From Candidatus Uhrbacteria bacterium GW2011_GWE2_46_68 (GTDB taxonomy: Bacteria; Patescibacteriota; Patescibacteriia; UBA9934; GWF2-40-263): a DNA stretch of 64,000 nt. The position numbers and the translations under genes were made by a program. The DNA lies in NCBI GenBank assembly GCA_001002765.1, contig LCMS01000007.1, positions 8,170 to 72,169 of the forward strand, written 5' to 3'. The notes under the pieces were generated by a model. The model ran no database searches. It was not told where the DNA came from and was given only the letters and a program-made list of their open reading frames with translations. Shown one piece after another: positions 1 to 11,128 of the stretch (position 1 is the stretch's first letter; each line of letters begins with the position of its first letter).

Positions 1-52
1 ATTGGAATAAGATCTTGAGTGTAGTGTAGAACGACACACCCATAATAAATTT

Positions 53-78
53 GTCATTCCGGGTTGAACCAGGAATCT
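53..78. repeat. GTCA-type REP-like palindrome upstream of tatD
   Basis: gtcattcc-gggttgaacca-ggaatct; same GTCA + stem architecture as the palindromes at 29231 and 30676. Confidence 0.45.
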
Positions 79-82
79 TCTT

Positions 83-967
83 ATGTCCATGATTGACACA
101 CATTGTCACGTTCACTTTCGCGCGTATCGTGAAGATATGGACAAGGTCATTTGTCGCAGTCTAGAAAAGGGGGTCAAAATGATTACAGTGGGAACCCAAC
201 TTGACACAAGTCAAAGAGGTCTGGAAGTTGCAGAGCATTATGATGGCGTGTGGGCAACCGTTGGTATGCACCCCAGTCATCTTTGTGCACAAAATTTTGT
301 GGATGATGAAGAGCTTGATCCTTCTGCACAGCAGATGATCCATACAGGTGGTCATACCTTTGACCCTGCGGATTTTTTACCTTTGGCGCGTCATCCCAAA
401 TGTGTGGCGATTGGAGAGTGTGGTTTGGATTATGTTCACATTCCTGAAAATCTGAATCGAGAAGAAGTGATCGCCAAACAAAAACAAACCGTGCGTCAGC
501 ATTTTGATCTGGCATCTGAAGTCGGGCTTCCTTTGGCCATTCATTCGCGTGAAGCACAAAAAGATCAACTCGCGCTGATCAGAGAATATATCCAAGCGGG
601 AAAGTTGGCTCGACGCGGAGTCATTCACTGCTTTACTGGAACCTTGGAAGAAGCGCAGGAATATCTGGAAACAGGTTTTCTCATTTCTTTTACCGGCATT
701 ATCACATTTTCTCCACGCAAAAAGGATTTGCTTGTAGGCGGACTCTCTCCGCTTCAAGAAGTCGTACGACAATTACCTTTGGAATCCATTATGATCGAAA
801 CCGATGCTCCATATATTTCCCCCGAGCCTTATCGAGGAAAACGCAATGAGCCTTGGCAAGTGGAGTTTGTGGCAAGAAAAATCGCCGAGATCAAAAAAAT
901 TTCTTTTGAAGAAGTTTGCGAGGTGACCACAAAAAACGCGGAAAAACTTTTTGGTATACACGTGTAG
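83..967 (+). CDS. tatD: TatD-family deoxyribonuclease/hydrolase
   Basis: IDTHCH, GMHP, AIGECGLDY, IHSRE, GVIHCFTG, IETDAPY motifs. Confidence 0.93.
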   Translation: MSMIDTHCHVHFRAYREDMDKVICRSLEKGVKMITVGTQLDTSQRGLEVAEHYDGVWATVGMHPSHLCAQNFVDDEELDPSAQQMIHTGGHTFDPADFLPLARHPKCVAIGECGLDYVHIPENLNREEVIAKQKQTVRQHFDLASEVGLPLAIHSREAQKDQLALIREYIQAGKLARRGVIHCFTGTLEEAQEYLETGFLISFTGIITFSPRKKDLLVGGLSPLQEVVRQLPLESIMIETDAPYISPEPYRGKRNEPWQVEFVARKIAEIKKISFEEVCEVTTKNAEKLFGIHV

Positions 968-986
968 ATCCCATTTTTGAGAACGA

Positions 987-1020
987 AAAAACGGCTGGCA
1001 CTGCGTGTGCTAGCCGTTTG
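987..1020. terminator. Probable bidirectional intrinsic terminator between convergent genes
   Basis: aaaacggctggcac-tgcgt-gtgctagccgttt hairpin. Confidence 0.6.
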
Positions 1021-1037
1021 TTGTAGCTTAGAAGCAG

Positions 1038-2432
1038 CTACTCGTTGGTATCGTCGGGCATCTCTGGCGGAGCCTCGCTGTCGGCGATCTGTTCGGCCGC
1101 AGGCACCTGGTCGGGTGTCTCATCGGGCCGTACCTCTTCCTCGGGAGGCTTGGCTTCCTCCTGCGGGGCATCGGGAGTCTTCTCGCACTTGGTCTTGAAA
1201 ATCCAGGCACGCAGGGCGCGGTGCCAGGGGTTTCGAGCATCGAAGACCACCTCACTACCGAAGATCAGGCTCATGCGAGCCGTCACGATCGGGGCGACCA
1301 GATCGCCCTCCTTGACCTGGCGGTACCAGTCCCGCCGCTCGCGTCCCTGGAGTGCTTCCGCCTGGGTGGGGAAGGCAACTCCGGTCCAGGAAATCGTGGG
1401 ATCCGTGATCCTGTCCCAGCGCAGCCGTACCTCCTCGAGGATCACAGGCTCGGCCTGACGAAGCAGGCTCACAGCCAACTGGTGGCACATGGGAACCGTG
1501 TCCGTCTGCACGGTCAATCCGGAGTCCAAAACGACCTTTTGGAGACGTTCATCACCAGGGTTGCCGATGATCCTCGCGATCATCTGACGCACGGTCCAAG
1601 GGGACTTGCTATAGGGATCAGGATCGATCTGTTCGATCGTCACACCCAGAAGGGCGAAGGGGTCGATGCCGGCCCGATCTTCCACATCCATGTTGATCTC
1701 GAAGCGATCGAGGTTCACATCCTTGGCCGCGCCAAGGACCGTGATATAGGCCCGTCCTTCCATGAACTTGTTGACTGCAAACGCGGTCTCGATCGGCTTG
1801 CCCTTTCCTGAAGTGGGCAAGTTGTCACTCATCTTATCGAGGAACAGCTGCATGCCCATGCACGATCCGATGAAATACCCGGCCTTCTGATCTTCCCCGT
1901 GGGTGGGGGTGAAGGCAAAGACGATCGAACCCATGGTCCGCAGGATATGCGGAATCTCGGGGATCATGGTCTGGCCCTCACGATCGAGGAGTCGATTCAA
2001 TTGATCGAGGAGATCAGGGTTGGCGTATCCGAAGGGGAGGAGCTTCCAGTACTGACCCTTGCGATCCCAGGGCGCCGGACGCATGAGAAGACCTGGCACA
2101 CCGCCTTGGGTCAAGGGATGACCCTTCTTGAACTCAACACCGAAAGGATTGAAGAGGCGTACGCGCACGACATGTGCGCGGCCATCTTCGACGATCCTGG
2201 CATTGGCCTGGAGGACGACATCATCGCCCACCTTGACCGGGGCGAAGTTCACGGCCACGGCCTGGTACTTGTTGGTGCCAGGCTGGCGCAAGGTGCGCTC
2301 CTTGACCTCTTGGGCTCCACCCTTGACGGTTTCACCCGCCAAGGTGAACAGGTCGAGGATGATGCGGGTCCAGGCAATCGGAAGAGAGTCGACCGCAAGC
2401 GCGGTCTTCGGGAGCTCATGGGTTGTGGTCAC
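1038..2432 (-). CDS. Hypothetical protein, GC-rich orphan with acidic C-terminal tail
   Basis: 464-aa ORF, GTG start preceded by AAGGAGG; no recognisable motif. Confidence 0.75.
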   Translation of the reverse strand: MTTTHELPKTALAVDSLPIAWTRIILDLFTLAGETVKGGAQEVKERTLRQPGTNKYQAVAVNFAPVKVGDDVVLQANARIVEDGRAHVVRVRLFNPFGVEFKKGHPLTQGGVPGLLMRPAPWDRKGQYWKLLPFGYANPDLLDQLNRLLDREGQTMIPEIPHILRTMGSIVFAFTPTHGEDQKAGYFIGSCMGMQLFLDKMSDNLPTSGKGKPIETAFAVNKFMEGRAYITVLGAAKDVNLDRFEINMDVEDRAGIDPFALLGVTIEQIDPDPYSKSPWTVRQMIARIIGNPGDERLQKVVLDSGLTVQTDTVPMCHQLAVSLLRQAEPVILEEVRLRWDRITDPTISWTGVAFPTQAEALQGRERRDWYRQVKEGDLVAPIVTARMSLIFGSEVVFDARNPWHRALRAWIFKTKCEKTPDAPQEEAKPPEEEVRPDETPDQVPAAEQIADSEAPPEMPDDTNE

Positions 2433-2487
2433 GAGGACCTCCTTGTTTTGGGGTTAAAGGAACGTTTGCCGCAGTTGGCAGCCAAAG

Positions 2488-2563
2488 ACAGTAGGAAAAA
2501 TAAGGGGTTTAGTCAAGGTACAAGTTACCACCTTTTGACAGAACCCCTTATTTTTGTTAGGTT
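2488..2563. promoter_or_regulatory. Back-to-back divergent sigma70-like promoters forming an inverted repeat
   Basis: + strand TTGACA(2535)-17 nt-TAGGTT; - strand TTGACT-17 nt-TACTGT; arms 2496-2516 and 2535-2555 match at 19/21. Confidence 0.6.
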
Positions 2564-2590
2564 TTAGTGCTTTCTTTCCGGAGGAAACCC

Positions 2591-3466
2591 ATGAAAGAAG
2601 CCATTGAAGCTCTTTTCACAGACAATGGGAAACCCACGCAAGCCCACGTGGATGCACTCAAGGGAGTGCGCTCACTTAATGATGTGAGCGCAGATGGAAT
2701 TGATCCCGATGCCATGGATCGCTTTTCTTATTTTCTCGACGCCCCTAAGGAAACGGCAGAAAGTCAGGCAGATGAAGATCGTCGCAGCCTTCTTCTTGCC
2801 CTTGCCAGCCATCTGGCTCCTACATCAAAAAACGAAAAACCTGATGAACCAAAAGAGCCGCGGCGTCCAATCGTACCTTCGAAACAAGAAAAAGAAGAAA
2901 AAAAGAAGGGAGTTCGAGACCCCAGAGAAAGTATACTTGGAGCATTTGATACAGTAGAAATCGAAGAACAAACAGGAGAGGATGAGGAGGAAGAAGTGGA
3001 AGAAGAGCGTCCGCAAAGAGGGAATCGTCGGGGACAACAAAACGGCGACCGTCCCAACGGACGCACACGAGATCAAGATGATCAGCAATATCGTCGTGAT
3101 CGTTGGCAACAAAGAAAGGATGAAAAAAAAGATCCTCAACCTCCACGGCCTGCTATTGTACAGGGAAGCCAAGATCATCTTCTCGCTCGTGTTCAAGCGG
3201 ATCCTCAATGGGTTGAGTTGCGGAATTACATTTTCGGAGAAATCTTGATTGTGCGAGGAAAAGATTCCACAAAGGTTGCCGGAGCCCTTTGGCAACTCTC
3301 TGAGCTTACTGATAGGTTGGTACATGGAGAAGTCATGGCAAGCCGATACACACACAATATGCGCGTTTTGGCCGGTGAAATGGTAACGAATCTTCACCTG
3401 CACAAAGATATCGAAAATCCCGCATGGTTTGAGAAACGCTACGGAGCGCTCCCCAAGAGTGTCTAA
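2591..3466 (+). CDS. Hypothetical protein with a highly charged, disordered middle
   Basis: Long ORF; ATG 2591 preceded by GAGG; E/K/R/Q-rich linker. Confidence 0.7.
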   Translation: MKEAIEALFTDNGKPTQAHVDALKGVRSLNDVSADGIDPDAMDRFSYFLDAPKETAESQADEDRRSLLLALASHLAPTSKNEKPDEPKEPRRPIVPSKQEKEEKKKGVRDPRESILGAFDTVEIEEQTGEDEEEEVEEERPQRGNRRGQQNGDRPNGRTRDQDDQQYRRDRWQQRKDEKKDPQPPRPAIVQGSQDHLLARVQADPQWVELRNYIFGEILIVRGKDSTKVAGALWQLSELTDRLVHGEVMASRYTHNMRVLAGEMVTNLHLHKDIENPAWFEKRYGALPKSV

Positions 3467-3492
3467 GACCGCCACGCCAGCGGTCTTTTACT
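3466..3492 (+). terminator. Intrinsic terminator
   Basis: aagaccgc-cacgcca-gcggtctt followed by a T-rich tract. Confidence 0.6.
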
Positions 3493-3559
3493 TTTTTGAT
3501 AAACAAAGGGGTCAGGTCTTTACCTTTTACCTTATCCAATATTTTGGCTTTAAACTTGC

Positions 3560-3831
3560 TTATTCCGCGCAGCTTGCTGCGCGGTTACCGCTTAAGTACG
3601 ATAGGAGGGTATGAGAGCGGTCAGAACAACAGAACACAATGTTTATCAAAGAACTTTGGGGCGGTGAACTCTGGACGGATGGTTTCTTTGTCTCCACGGT
3701 TGGTGAAGGAGGAAACCGAGACGTGATTCGGATATATGTTGAGAAACAAGGAAACAAATCAGATATCACCCAGCTTAAGCTTTTCAATTTTTAACCTCTG
3801 ATACCGTGCAGCTTGCTGCGCGGAGGTTCAT
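3560..3831 (+). mobile_element. Internally deleted IS200/IS605-family element (non-autonomous)
   Basis: Matching subterminal hairpins ccgcgcagcttgctgcgcgg (3565-3584) and ccgtgcagcttgctgcgcgg (3804-3823) flank a tnpA remnant; exact ends approximate. Confidence 0.8.
3611..3794 (+). pseudogene. tnpA: IS200 Y1 transposase remnant (N-terminus fused out of frame to C-terminus)
   Basis: GGAGG + MRAVRTTEHNVYQ, then in another frame KELWGGELWTDGFFVSTVGEGGNRDVIRIYVEKQG (Y1 YxxxQ helix); HUH region absent. Confidence 0.8.
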
Positions 3832-4037
3832 ATAAAACTCATTATTTTTATTTATTGAATTAATAAGGTTTTTGAAACAAAGTTGATTATGCGTTGTTTT
3901 ACTCATCACCTGTGAAAAAGTTTGATCTCTTCGTATATAGTCTCAAAAAACAAGAAATATCCTCCGTTAACACAACAAAAGGGTAAAAGGTAAAGACCTG
4001 ACCCCCTTTGATATCCCCAGTTCACCCCTTTTCACCG

Positions 4038-4066
4038 TTGACCCAAGGAGGGAAAAAACCTATAAT
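4038..4066 (+). promoter_or_regulatory. Sigma70 promoter of the atp operon
   Basis: TTGACC-17 nt-TATAAT, 22 nt upstream of the first ATG. Confidence 0.75.
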
Positions 4067-4088
4067 AACGGCGCCATTTGGCCTTTCT

Positions 4089-4370
4089 ATGTCTAATGAG
4101 GCTGTCTACTATCGTCTTGCTATGCGCATTTTTGCTGATTTTGGCATTACCATTGCCATTCCTTCGGTAGGTGCTGCTCTCCTTGGATCATGGCTTGATG
4201 ATCGGTATGAGACCGAGCCTCGATATCTCATCATCCTCCTGATTCTCGCTCTTGTTCTCACAGCCTTTTCCATTTATCGCAAAGCCACTTATTACGGACG
4301 CGTTTTCAATTCCTTATCAAATCCTTCGGACAAAACCTCTTCTTATGACGATCCCTCCAGCCGCCGCTGA
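4089..4370 (+). CDS. AtpZ/AtpI-family membrane protein
   Basis: Two TM helices, GSWLDDRY motif, first gene of the atp operon. Confidence 0.8.
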   Translation: MSNEAVYYRLAMRIFADFGITIAIPSVGAALLGSWLDDRYETEPRYLIILLILALVLTAFSIYRKATYYGRVFNSLSNPSDKTSSYDDPSSRR

Positions 4371-5145
4371 ACCTCTTTGGCACCTTGGCAGTCTTCCCCT
4401 TACCAATGCCATGATAAACGGTTGGATTGCAGTCGTCTTTTTTGTTTGTGTGGCTTTTGTTCTTCGCCGCGCGTTACAGGAAAAACCAAAAGGTTTGCAA
4501 AATCTTGCCGAGGCTTTGGTGGAATTTTTTCTCGATCAGATCGAAAAGGTTACAGGAGATAAAGAACGTGCTCGCAAATTTCTTCCTCTTATCGGTACGA
4601 TTTTTCTCTTCATCCTCTTTTCCAACTGGCTTGGACTATTGCCGGGCACGGGATCGATCGGGATTTGGGAAATGATTCATGGGGAAAAGGAATTGGTACC
4701 GTTGTTGCGTCCCGCAGCCAGCGATCTGAACCTGACCCTTGCTATCGCCATATTCGCTGTGTTTGCTTCTCATGTTTTCGGCATCCTTTCTATCGGACCT
4801 TTTCATCATGTCAGCAAATTCGTCAATATTGCCGGTATTATCAAAGCGCTTAAAAAAGGACCCATGGCCATTATTGTCGCTTGCATTGAGTTTGGTGTGG
4901 GATTTATTGAGATCATCAGCGAAATCGCCAAGGTACTTTCCCTTTCTCTCCGGTTATTTGGAAATATTTTCGCAGGAGAGGTGCTCATGACCGTGATGCT
5001 TGGTCTTTTTTCTCTTTTTCTCCCCATCCCTTTTATCTTTCTTGAAATTTTGGTTGGAGCCATTCAAGCGACCGTATTTGCCATGTTAACCTTGGCCTAT
5101 CTCACCGTTGCCACGACTCCACACACACAAGAAGAACATGCATAA
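4345..5145 (+). CDS. atpB: ATP synthase F0 subunit a
   Basis: SNWLGLLPG, LSLSLRLFGNIFAGE, IQATVFAMLT. Confidence 0.96.
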   Translation: MTIPPAAAEPLWHLGSLPLTNAMINGWIAVVFFVCVAFVLRRALQEKPKGLQNLAEALVEFFLDQIEKVTGDKERARKFLPLIGTIFLFILFSNWLGLLPGTGSIGIWEMIHGEKELVPLLRPAASDLNLTLAIAIFAVFASHVFGILSIGPFHHVSKFVNIAGIIKALKKGPMAIIVACIEFGVGFIEIISEIAKVLSLSLRLFGNIFAGEVLMTVMLGLFSLFLPIPFIFLEILVGAIQATVFAMLTLAYLTVATTPHTQEEHA

Positions 5146-5204
5146 TTGTCTTTTGTCGCTTGTTTTTAAACAGACGAGAAAAGATAATCTTTAATCCTTA
5201 CCCT

Positions 5205-5423
5205 ATGGACGCAGAAACTATTGCGATCTTGATCAAAGGAGTGACCATCGCCTTTGGCGGTCTTGGACCGGCCATTGGTATCGGGATGATTGGAGCCAAA
5301 GCTATGGAAGGCATCGGCCGCAACCCCGAAGCTGCAGGTAAATTGTTCGTGCCTATGCTTTTGGGCATGGCCTTTGCTGAGGCTATTGCGATTTATTCCT
5401 TGGTCGTTTCTTTCACATTGTAA
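5205..5423 (+). CDS. atpE: ATP synthase F0 subunit c
   Basis: GxGxGxG, GRNPEA loop, AEAIAIY carboxylate. Confidence 0.96.
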   Translation: MDAETIAILIKGVTIAFGGLGPAIGIGMIGAKAMEGIGRNPEAAGKLFVPMLLGMAFAEAIAIYSLVVSFTL

Positions 5424-5486
5424 TGTCAAACGACTCCAGGTTGCCTCAAAGGAGGCAGCCCTCGGCTGTTTGTTATTACATTTTCT

Positions 5487-6032
5487 ATGTCACAAGAAGT
5501 CGCTCTCATTCACGAAGCCGCGGAGGCTGTGGAAACCACCGGAGGTTTGGGAACCCTTGGAATCAATGTCAAAATTTTTCTGGCGCAACTCGTCAATTTT
5601 ACGATTGTGCTTTTGGTGCTTTGGCGTTGGGCTTATCGTCCCATTGTAAAACTTCTGGAAGATCGTCAGAAAAAGGTGGAAAAAAGCCTTCAAGATGCTG
5701 CAGACATTGAAAAACGCGTTGTGAGTTTAGAGGAGGAACGTAAAAGTATTTTGAGTCAGGCAAAACACGAAGCACATGTGGTTTTAGAAAAAGTGCAAAC
5801 TGATGCCGAGGTTCGTCGCGTTGAACTTCTTGCGAAGGCAAAAGAAGAAGTGTCTCAAGTGGTGCATCAGGGGAAAGTACAATTGCAAGCAGAAAAAGAA
5901 GCCATGTTGCGCGAGACGCGTCAAGAAATTGTAAATCTTGCCATTGAATCTGCACGTAAAATATTGGAAGAATCCATTTCCGAGAAAAAATCTCAAGCTC
6001 TCGCGGAAGAGGTGATAGAAAAAATGTCTTGA
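5487..6032 (+). CDS. atpF: ATP synthase F0 subunit b
   Basis: AQLVNF TM segment plus coiled coil; operon position. Confidence 0.94.
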   Translation: MSQEVALIHEAAEAVETTGGLGTLGINVKIFLAQLVNFTIVLLVLWRWAYRPIVKLLEDRQKKVEKSLQDAADIEKRVVSLEEERKSILSQAKHEAHVVLEKVQTDAEVRRVELLAKAKEEVSQVVHQGKVQLQAEKEAMLRETRQEIVNLAIESARKILEESISEKKSQALAEEVIEKMS

Positions 6033-6033
6033 T

Positions 6034-6420
6034 ATGGCCGCCACTCCAAAACAACTTGCAACCGTTTATCTTAAAGCCACGGAATCCTGCGAAGAAAAAG
6101 AACTGGAAGAAATCTCAAAACAGTTCGTGGTTTACCTGAAAGAGCATTATCTTCTTCCAAAAACACATGCCATTCTCGCGGCCATCGATCAAGCGTGGAA
6201 AGAGCAATACGGCGTCTCCCAAGTAAAAATAACGACCGCTTATCCGCTCACAAAAAAAGCTCTGCAAACTTTGGAAAAATATGCTCATGGCGCCAGTGTG
6301 GAAACGTGTGTGGATCCCGCTTTGATCGGAGGCGCGCGCTTGCAAATAGATGACCGCATTTTAGACGGATCCGTTCAAGGGCAATTATCTTCTCTCAAAC
6401 AAATTCTTTTGGAAATATAA
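6034..6420 (+). CDS. atpH: ATP synthase delta subunit (short form)
   Basis: VDPALIGG...ILDGSV; operon position. Confidence 0.9.
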   Translation: MAATPKQLATVYLKATESCEEKELEEISKQFVVYLKEHYLLPKTHAILAAIDQAWKEQYGVSQVKITTAYPLTKKALQTLEKYAHGASVETCVDPALIGGARLQIDDRILDGSVQGQLSSLKQILLEI

Positions 6421-6424
6421 ATGT

Positions 6425-7939
6425 ATGGCAAAGAAAACTGAAATCATTGATGCGCTTAAAACGCAACTCGCACGCTTTTCAGCCGAAGCGAAAGAAGAAC
6501 AAATCGGCACAGTACTAAGTGTTGGAGACGGTATTGCACGCATGTCCGGGCTCTCTCAAGTACAATCCATGGAAATGTTGGAGTTTCCCGGTCAGGTCTA
6601 TGGTGTGGCATTCAATTTGGAAGAAGATAGCGTAGGAGCCATCTTGTTTGGAGATACCAAGGAGATCAAAGAAGGCGACACCGTAAAATCCACAGGACGT
6701 ATTTTATCCATTCCCGTATGCAATGGTGTTCTTGGTCGTGTGGTAGATCCACTGGGGCATCCGCTTGATGGAAAAGGGAAAATTCAGGCAAAGGAATACC
6801 AGCCGATTGAAAAAATCGCTCCTGGCGTCATGACACGCAAGTCTGTGCATGTGCCACTTCAAACGGGCATTAAGGCGATCGATTCCATGATTCCTATCGG
6901 TCGTGGGCAACGCGAACTTATTATTGGCGATCGTCAAACAGGAAAAACCGCCATTGCCATTGATACGATCGTTAATCAAAAAGGACAAAACGTAAAATGT
7001 ATTTACGTGGCAATCGGGCAAAAAGAATCCAAAATCGCCAAAATGGTGGCGCGACTTGAAGCAGCCGGCGCAATGGAATACACCACAGTCGTCGTCGCAG
7101 GGGCGTCTGATCCTGCCTCTATGTCTTACATTGCTCCTTACGCCGGTTGTACGATTGGAGAATTTTTTCGCGACAAAGGTGAGGATGCTTTGGTCATCTA
7201 CGATGACCTTTCCAAACATGCTTGGGCGTATCGCGAAATTTCCCTTTTATTGCGCCGTCCACCCGGTCGCGAGGCTTATCCGGGAGATGTATTTTATCTC
7301 CATTCCCGTTTGCTTGAACGGGCGACCTGCATGAATGAAGAAAATGGAGGGGGAACATTAACCGCACTTCCCATTATCGAAACCCAATCGGGCGATGTAT
7401 CCGCGTACATTCCCACAAACGTCATCTCCATTACAGACGGACAAATTTATTTGGAAAGCGATTTGTTTTATCGCGGGATCCGTCCTGCCTTAAACGTGGG
7501 TCTTTCGGTTTCGCGCGTGGGTTCTTCAGCGCAAACCAAGGCCATGAAAAAAGTGGCGGGAAAGCTGCGTCTCGATTTGGCACAATTCCGTGAGCTCGAA
7601 GCGTTTGCCCAGTTTGCAACCGATCTTGATGAAAATACTCGCAAACAAATCGAACGAGGACGACTCACTACCGAACTTCTCAAACAACCTCAATATCAAA
7701 CTTTACCGTTTGAGGAACAGGTGGCCACCATCTACGCCGTCATCAACGGTTTGCTTGATACGTTCAAGCCGGAACAAATGCATGCGTGGGAAAAAGGACT
7801 CTATGTATTTTTGCGATCAAGCAGCACCAATGTCCTTGGTATGATTCGTGAAAAAAAACAACTGGATGAGGAGGTGGAAAAAACACTCAAGCAAGCAATC
7901 AACGACTATAACGAAGAATTTATCCGATCACAGTCATAA
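6425..7939 (+). CDS. atpA: ATP synthase alpha subunit
   Basis: [29 protein letters not shown]. Confidence 0.99.
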   Translation: MAKKTEIIDALKTQLARFSAEAKEEQIGTVLSVGDGIARMSGLSQVQSMEMLEFPGQVYGVAFNLEEDSVGAILFGDTKEIKEGDTVKSTGRILSIPVCNGVLGRVVDPLGHPLDGKGKIQAKEYQPIEKIAPGVMTRKSVHVPLQTGIKAIDSMIPIGRGQRELIIGDRQTGKTAIAIDTIVNQKGQNVKCIYVAIGQKESKIAKMVARLEAAGAMEYTTVVVAGASDPASMSYIAPYAGCTIGEFFRDKGEDALVIYDDLSKHAWAYREISLLLRRPPGREAYPGDVFYLHSRLLERATCMNEENGGGTLTALPIIETQSGDVSAYIPTNVISITDGQIYLESDLFYRGIRPALNVGLSVSRVGSSAQTKAMKKVAGKLRLDLAQFRELEAFAQFATDLDENTRKQIERGRLTTELLKQPQYQTLPFEEQVATIYAVINGLLDTFKPEQMHAWEKGLYVFLRSSSTNVLGMIREKKQLDEEVEKTLKQAINDYNEEFIRSQS

Positions 7940-7945
7940 TCTTGT

Positions 7946-8854
7946 ATGGCAGTTCAAACACGAGCCATCAAACGTCGCATCAAATCCGTAACCAGTACAC
8001 GTAAGATCACCAAGGCCATGGAATTGGTAGCGGCAAGCAAAATGCGCAAAGCCGTAAGCGCGGTTTTGGGGACACGACCTTATGCAACTCTGGCTTGGGA
8101 TACGGTCAAATCCGTGAGCAAAGTAACGCAGATCGATCTTCACCCCTTGCTTTATACCCACGGATCATCCAACAAAATTTTGTTAGTCCTCCTTTCTTCT
8201 GATCGTGGATTGGCTGGAGGGTTTAATGTGAATATGGTCCGCAAAACGTTCGAACGTTTGCGCGCATGGGAAGGAAAAGAAGTGGAAGTTATTTGTATTG
8301 GGCGGCGCGGTGCACACGCCATGAAAAAGGCGGGAAAAAATATTATTGCCAGTTTTACGGATATTACTACTGCTCCCACGTACAAAGATACATTACCTAT
8401 CGGACGTTTGATCGTGAACGAATTTGTCAAAGGAAGCTATGAGCAAGTTTTTGTTGCTTATACGGATTTTGTCAGCGCCATTGCTCAACAGCCAACTATT
8501 TTTCAGCTATTGCCTCTTGGTGCCTTAGAGGAATCAAAAGAATTGGGAAAAGTTTCACAAACAACTCCTGTCGAAGTGATCCGAGGGTCAAGAGAATATA
8601 CGTTTGAACCAAGCCCTGCTGATGTTCTCAATTTTCTTTTGCCAAAACTCATTGAAACCATGCTTTATCAAGCTGTTTTGGAATCCGCCGCCTCTGAACA
8701 TTCCGCGCGCATGATGGCCATGCGCAATGCCTCGGAGGCAGCGTCTGATATGATTCATGATCTTACTTTCACTTATAACCAGGCACGCCAAGCCGGGATC
8801 ACGCAAGAAATTGCGGAAATCAGCTCAGGCAAAGCCGCTTTGGAACAAACATAA
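7946..8854 (+). CDS. atpG: ATP synthase gamma subunit
   Basis: KITKAMELVA, SDRGLAGGFN, RQAGITQEIAEI. Confidence 0.98.
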   Translation: MAVQTRAIKRRIKSVTSTRKITKAMELVAASKMRKAVSAVLGTRPYATLAWDTVKSVSKVTQIDLHPLLYTHGSSNKILLVLLSSDRGLAGGFNVNMVRKTFERLRAWEGKEVEVICIGRRGAHAMKKAGKNIIASFTDITTAPTYKDTLPIGRLIVNEFVKGSYEQVFVAYTDFVSAIAQQPTIFQLLPLGALEESKELGKVSQTTPVEVIRGSREYTFEPSPADVLNFLLPKLIETMLYQAVLESAASEHSARMMAMRNASEAASDMIHDLTFTYNQARQAGITQEIAEISSGKAALEQT

Positions 8855-10246
<1,392 letters not shown>

Positions 10247-10249
10247 ACT

Positions 10250-10705
10250 ATGGACATGCTTTCTTTGAAAATCGTTACTCCGGAAAAAATCGTGTTTGAA
10301 GATTCTGTCGCCTCCATTACGGTGATGACTCAAAACGGTGAGATCACGATTTTGCCGCATCATATTCCACTTGTCACACGAATGCGTGCGGGAGAATTGT
10401 GTTGTAAAAAAAATGGGGAGGAAATTTATCTGGCCGCTTCCACAGGTTTTTTAGAAGTGCGTCCGGGAAATCAAGTGATCATTTTGGCAGATACGGCCGA
10501 ACGCGTGGAAGAATTGGAATTACAAAAAATCGAATCGGCAAAAATAGCCGCGCAAAAATTACTCGAAGAGACACAGGGAGCCGATGATGTGGCATTTGCA
10601 AATGCACTGGCAGGTATGGAACGTGAAAGTGCTCGCTATAAAGTGGCCATCAAACGCCGGCATCCTAAAACTCCTCCTGCGCCACTTAATCCTAAAACAT
10701 CTTAA
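10250..10705 (+). CDS. atpC: ATP synthase epsilon subunit
   Basis: LKIVTPE, GEITILPHHIP, GFLEV. Confidence 0.95.
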   Translation: MDMLSLKIVTPEKIVFEDSVASITVMTQNGEITILPHHIPLVTRMRAGELCCKKNGEEIYLAASTGFLEVRPGNQVIILADTAERVEELELQKIESAKIAAQKLLEETQGADDVAFANALAGMERESARYKVAIKRRHPKTPPAPLNPKTS

Positions 10706-10714
10706 ATTTTTTCT

Positions 10715-11128
10715 ATGTCCCATACCTGTAAAGCCGCCTTGGTGCGTTGTATGGATTTTCGACTAGATCCGGAACTTACGGATTATGTACGTTCACAAAA
10801 TCTTCTGCACGACATTGATGTCATCTCGATTGCCGGAGCGGCAAAAAATATCGTGGATGATCCGCAAGGGTTTGTCATGACCCAAATCGGACTATCCGTG
10901 AAACTTCATGAAATCACCGAAGTGCATTTGATGCATCATTCCGATTGCGGAGCCTACGGTGGAAGCAAGATGTTTGCTTCTTTGGAAGAAGAAAAAGCCA
11001 TGCATATCGAGCAAATGCAAAAAGCAAAAGAGGTGATTTCCACCTCTTATCCCTCATTGATCGTTACAATGTTTTTTGCGGTGATCGGGGAAAATCAACA
11101 CATAAGTTTTGTGGAAAAAGTGGGCTAA
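10715..11128 (+). CDS. Putative beta-class carbonic anhydrase-like protein (copy 1)
   Basis: CMDFR and HHSDCGAY Zn-ligand motifs (CxD...HxxC). Confidence 0.75.
   Translation: MSHTCKAALVRCMDFRLDPELTDYVRSQNLLHDIDVISIAGAAKNIVDDPQGFVMTQIGLSVKLHEITEVHLMHHSDCGAYGGSKMFASLEEEKAMHIEQMQKAKEVISTSYPSLIVTMFFAVIGENQHISFVEKVG

Larger units (their letters stand above)
3508..4005. mobile_element. MITE/REPIN-like element with 24-bp perfect terminal inverted repeats; hosts an IS200 remnant
   Basis: ggggtcaggtctttaccttttacc (3508-3531) and its exact reverse complement (3982-4005); AT-rich interior. Confidence 0.7.

Noticed and set aside
1045-2567. Several long + strand ORFs (1045, 1221, 1899, 2128) overlapping the GC-rich gene
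   Set aside because: They are antisense shadows expected at high GC; only the - strand 464-aa frame has an RBS and promoter.
3429-3787. ORF-track calls 3429..3614, 3496..3726 and 3560..3787
   Set aside because: They are off-frame readings across the IS200 remnant; the transposase-like peptides are in other frames.
5438-5461. Hairpin between atpE and atpF
   Set aside because: It has no U-tract and is most likely an ordinary mRNA-stability or stoichiometry element.
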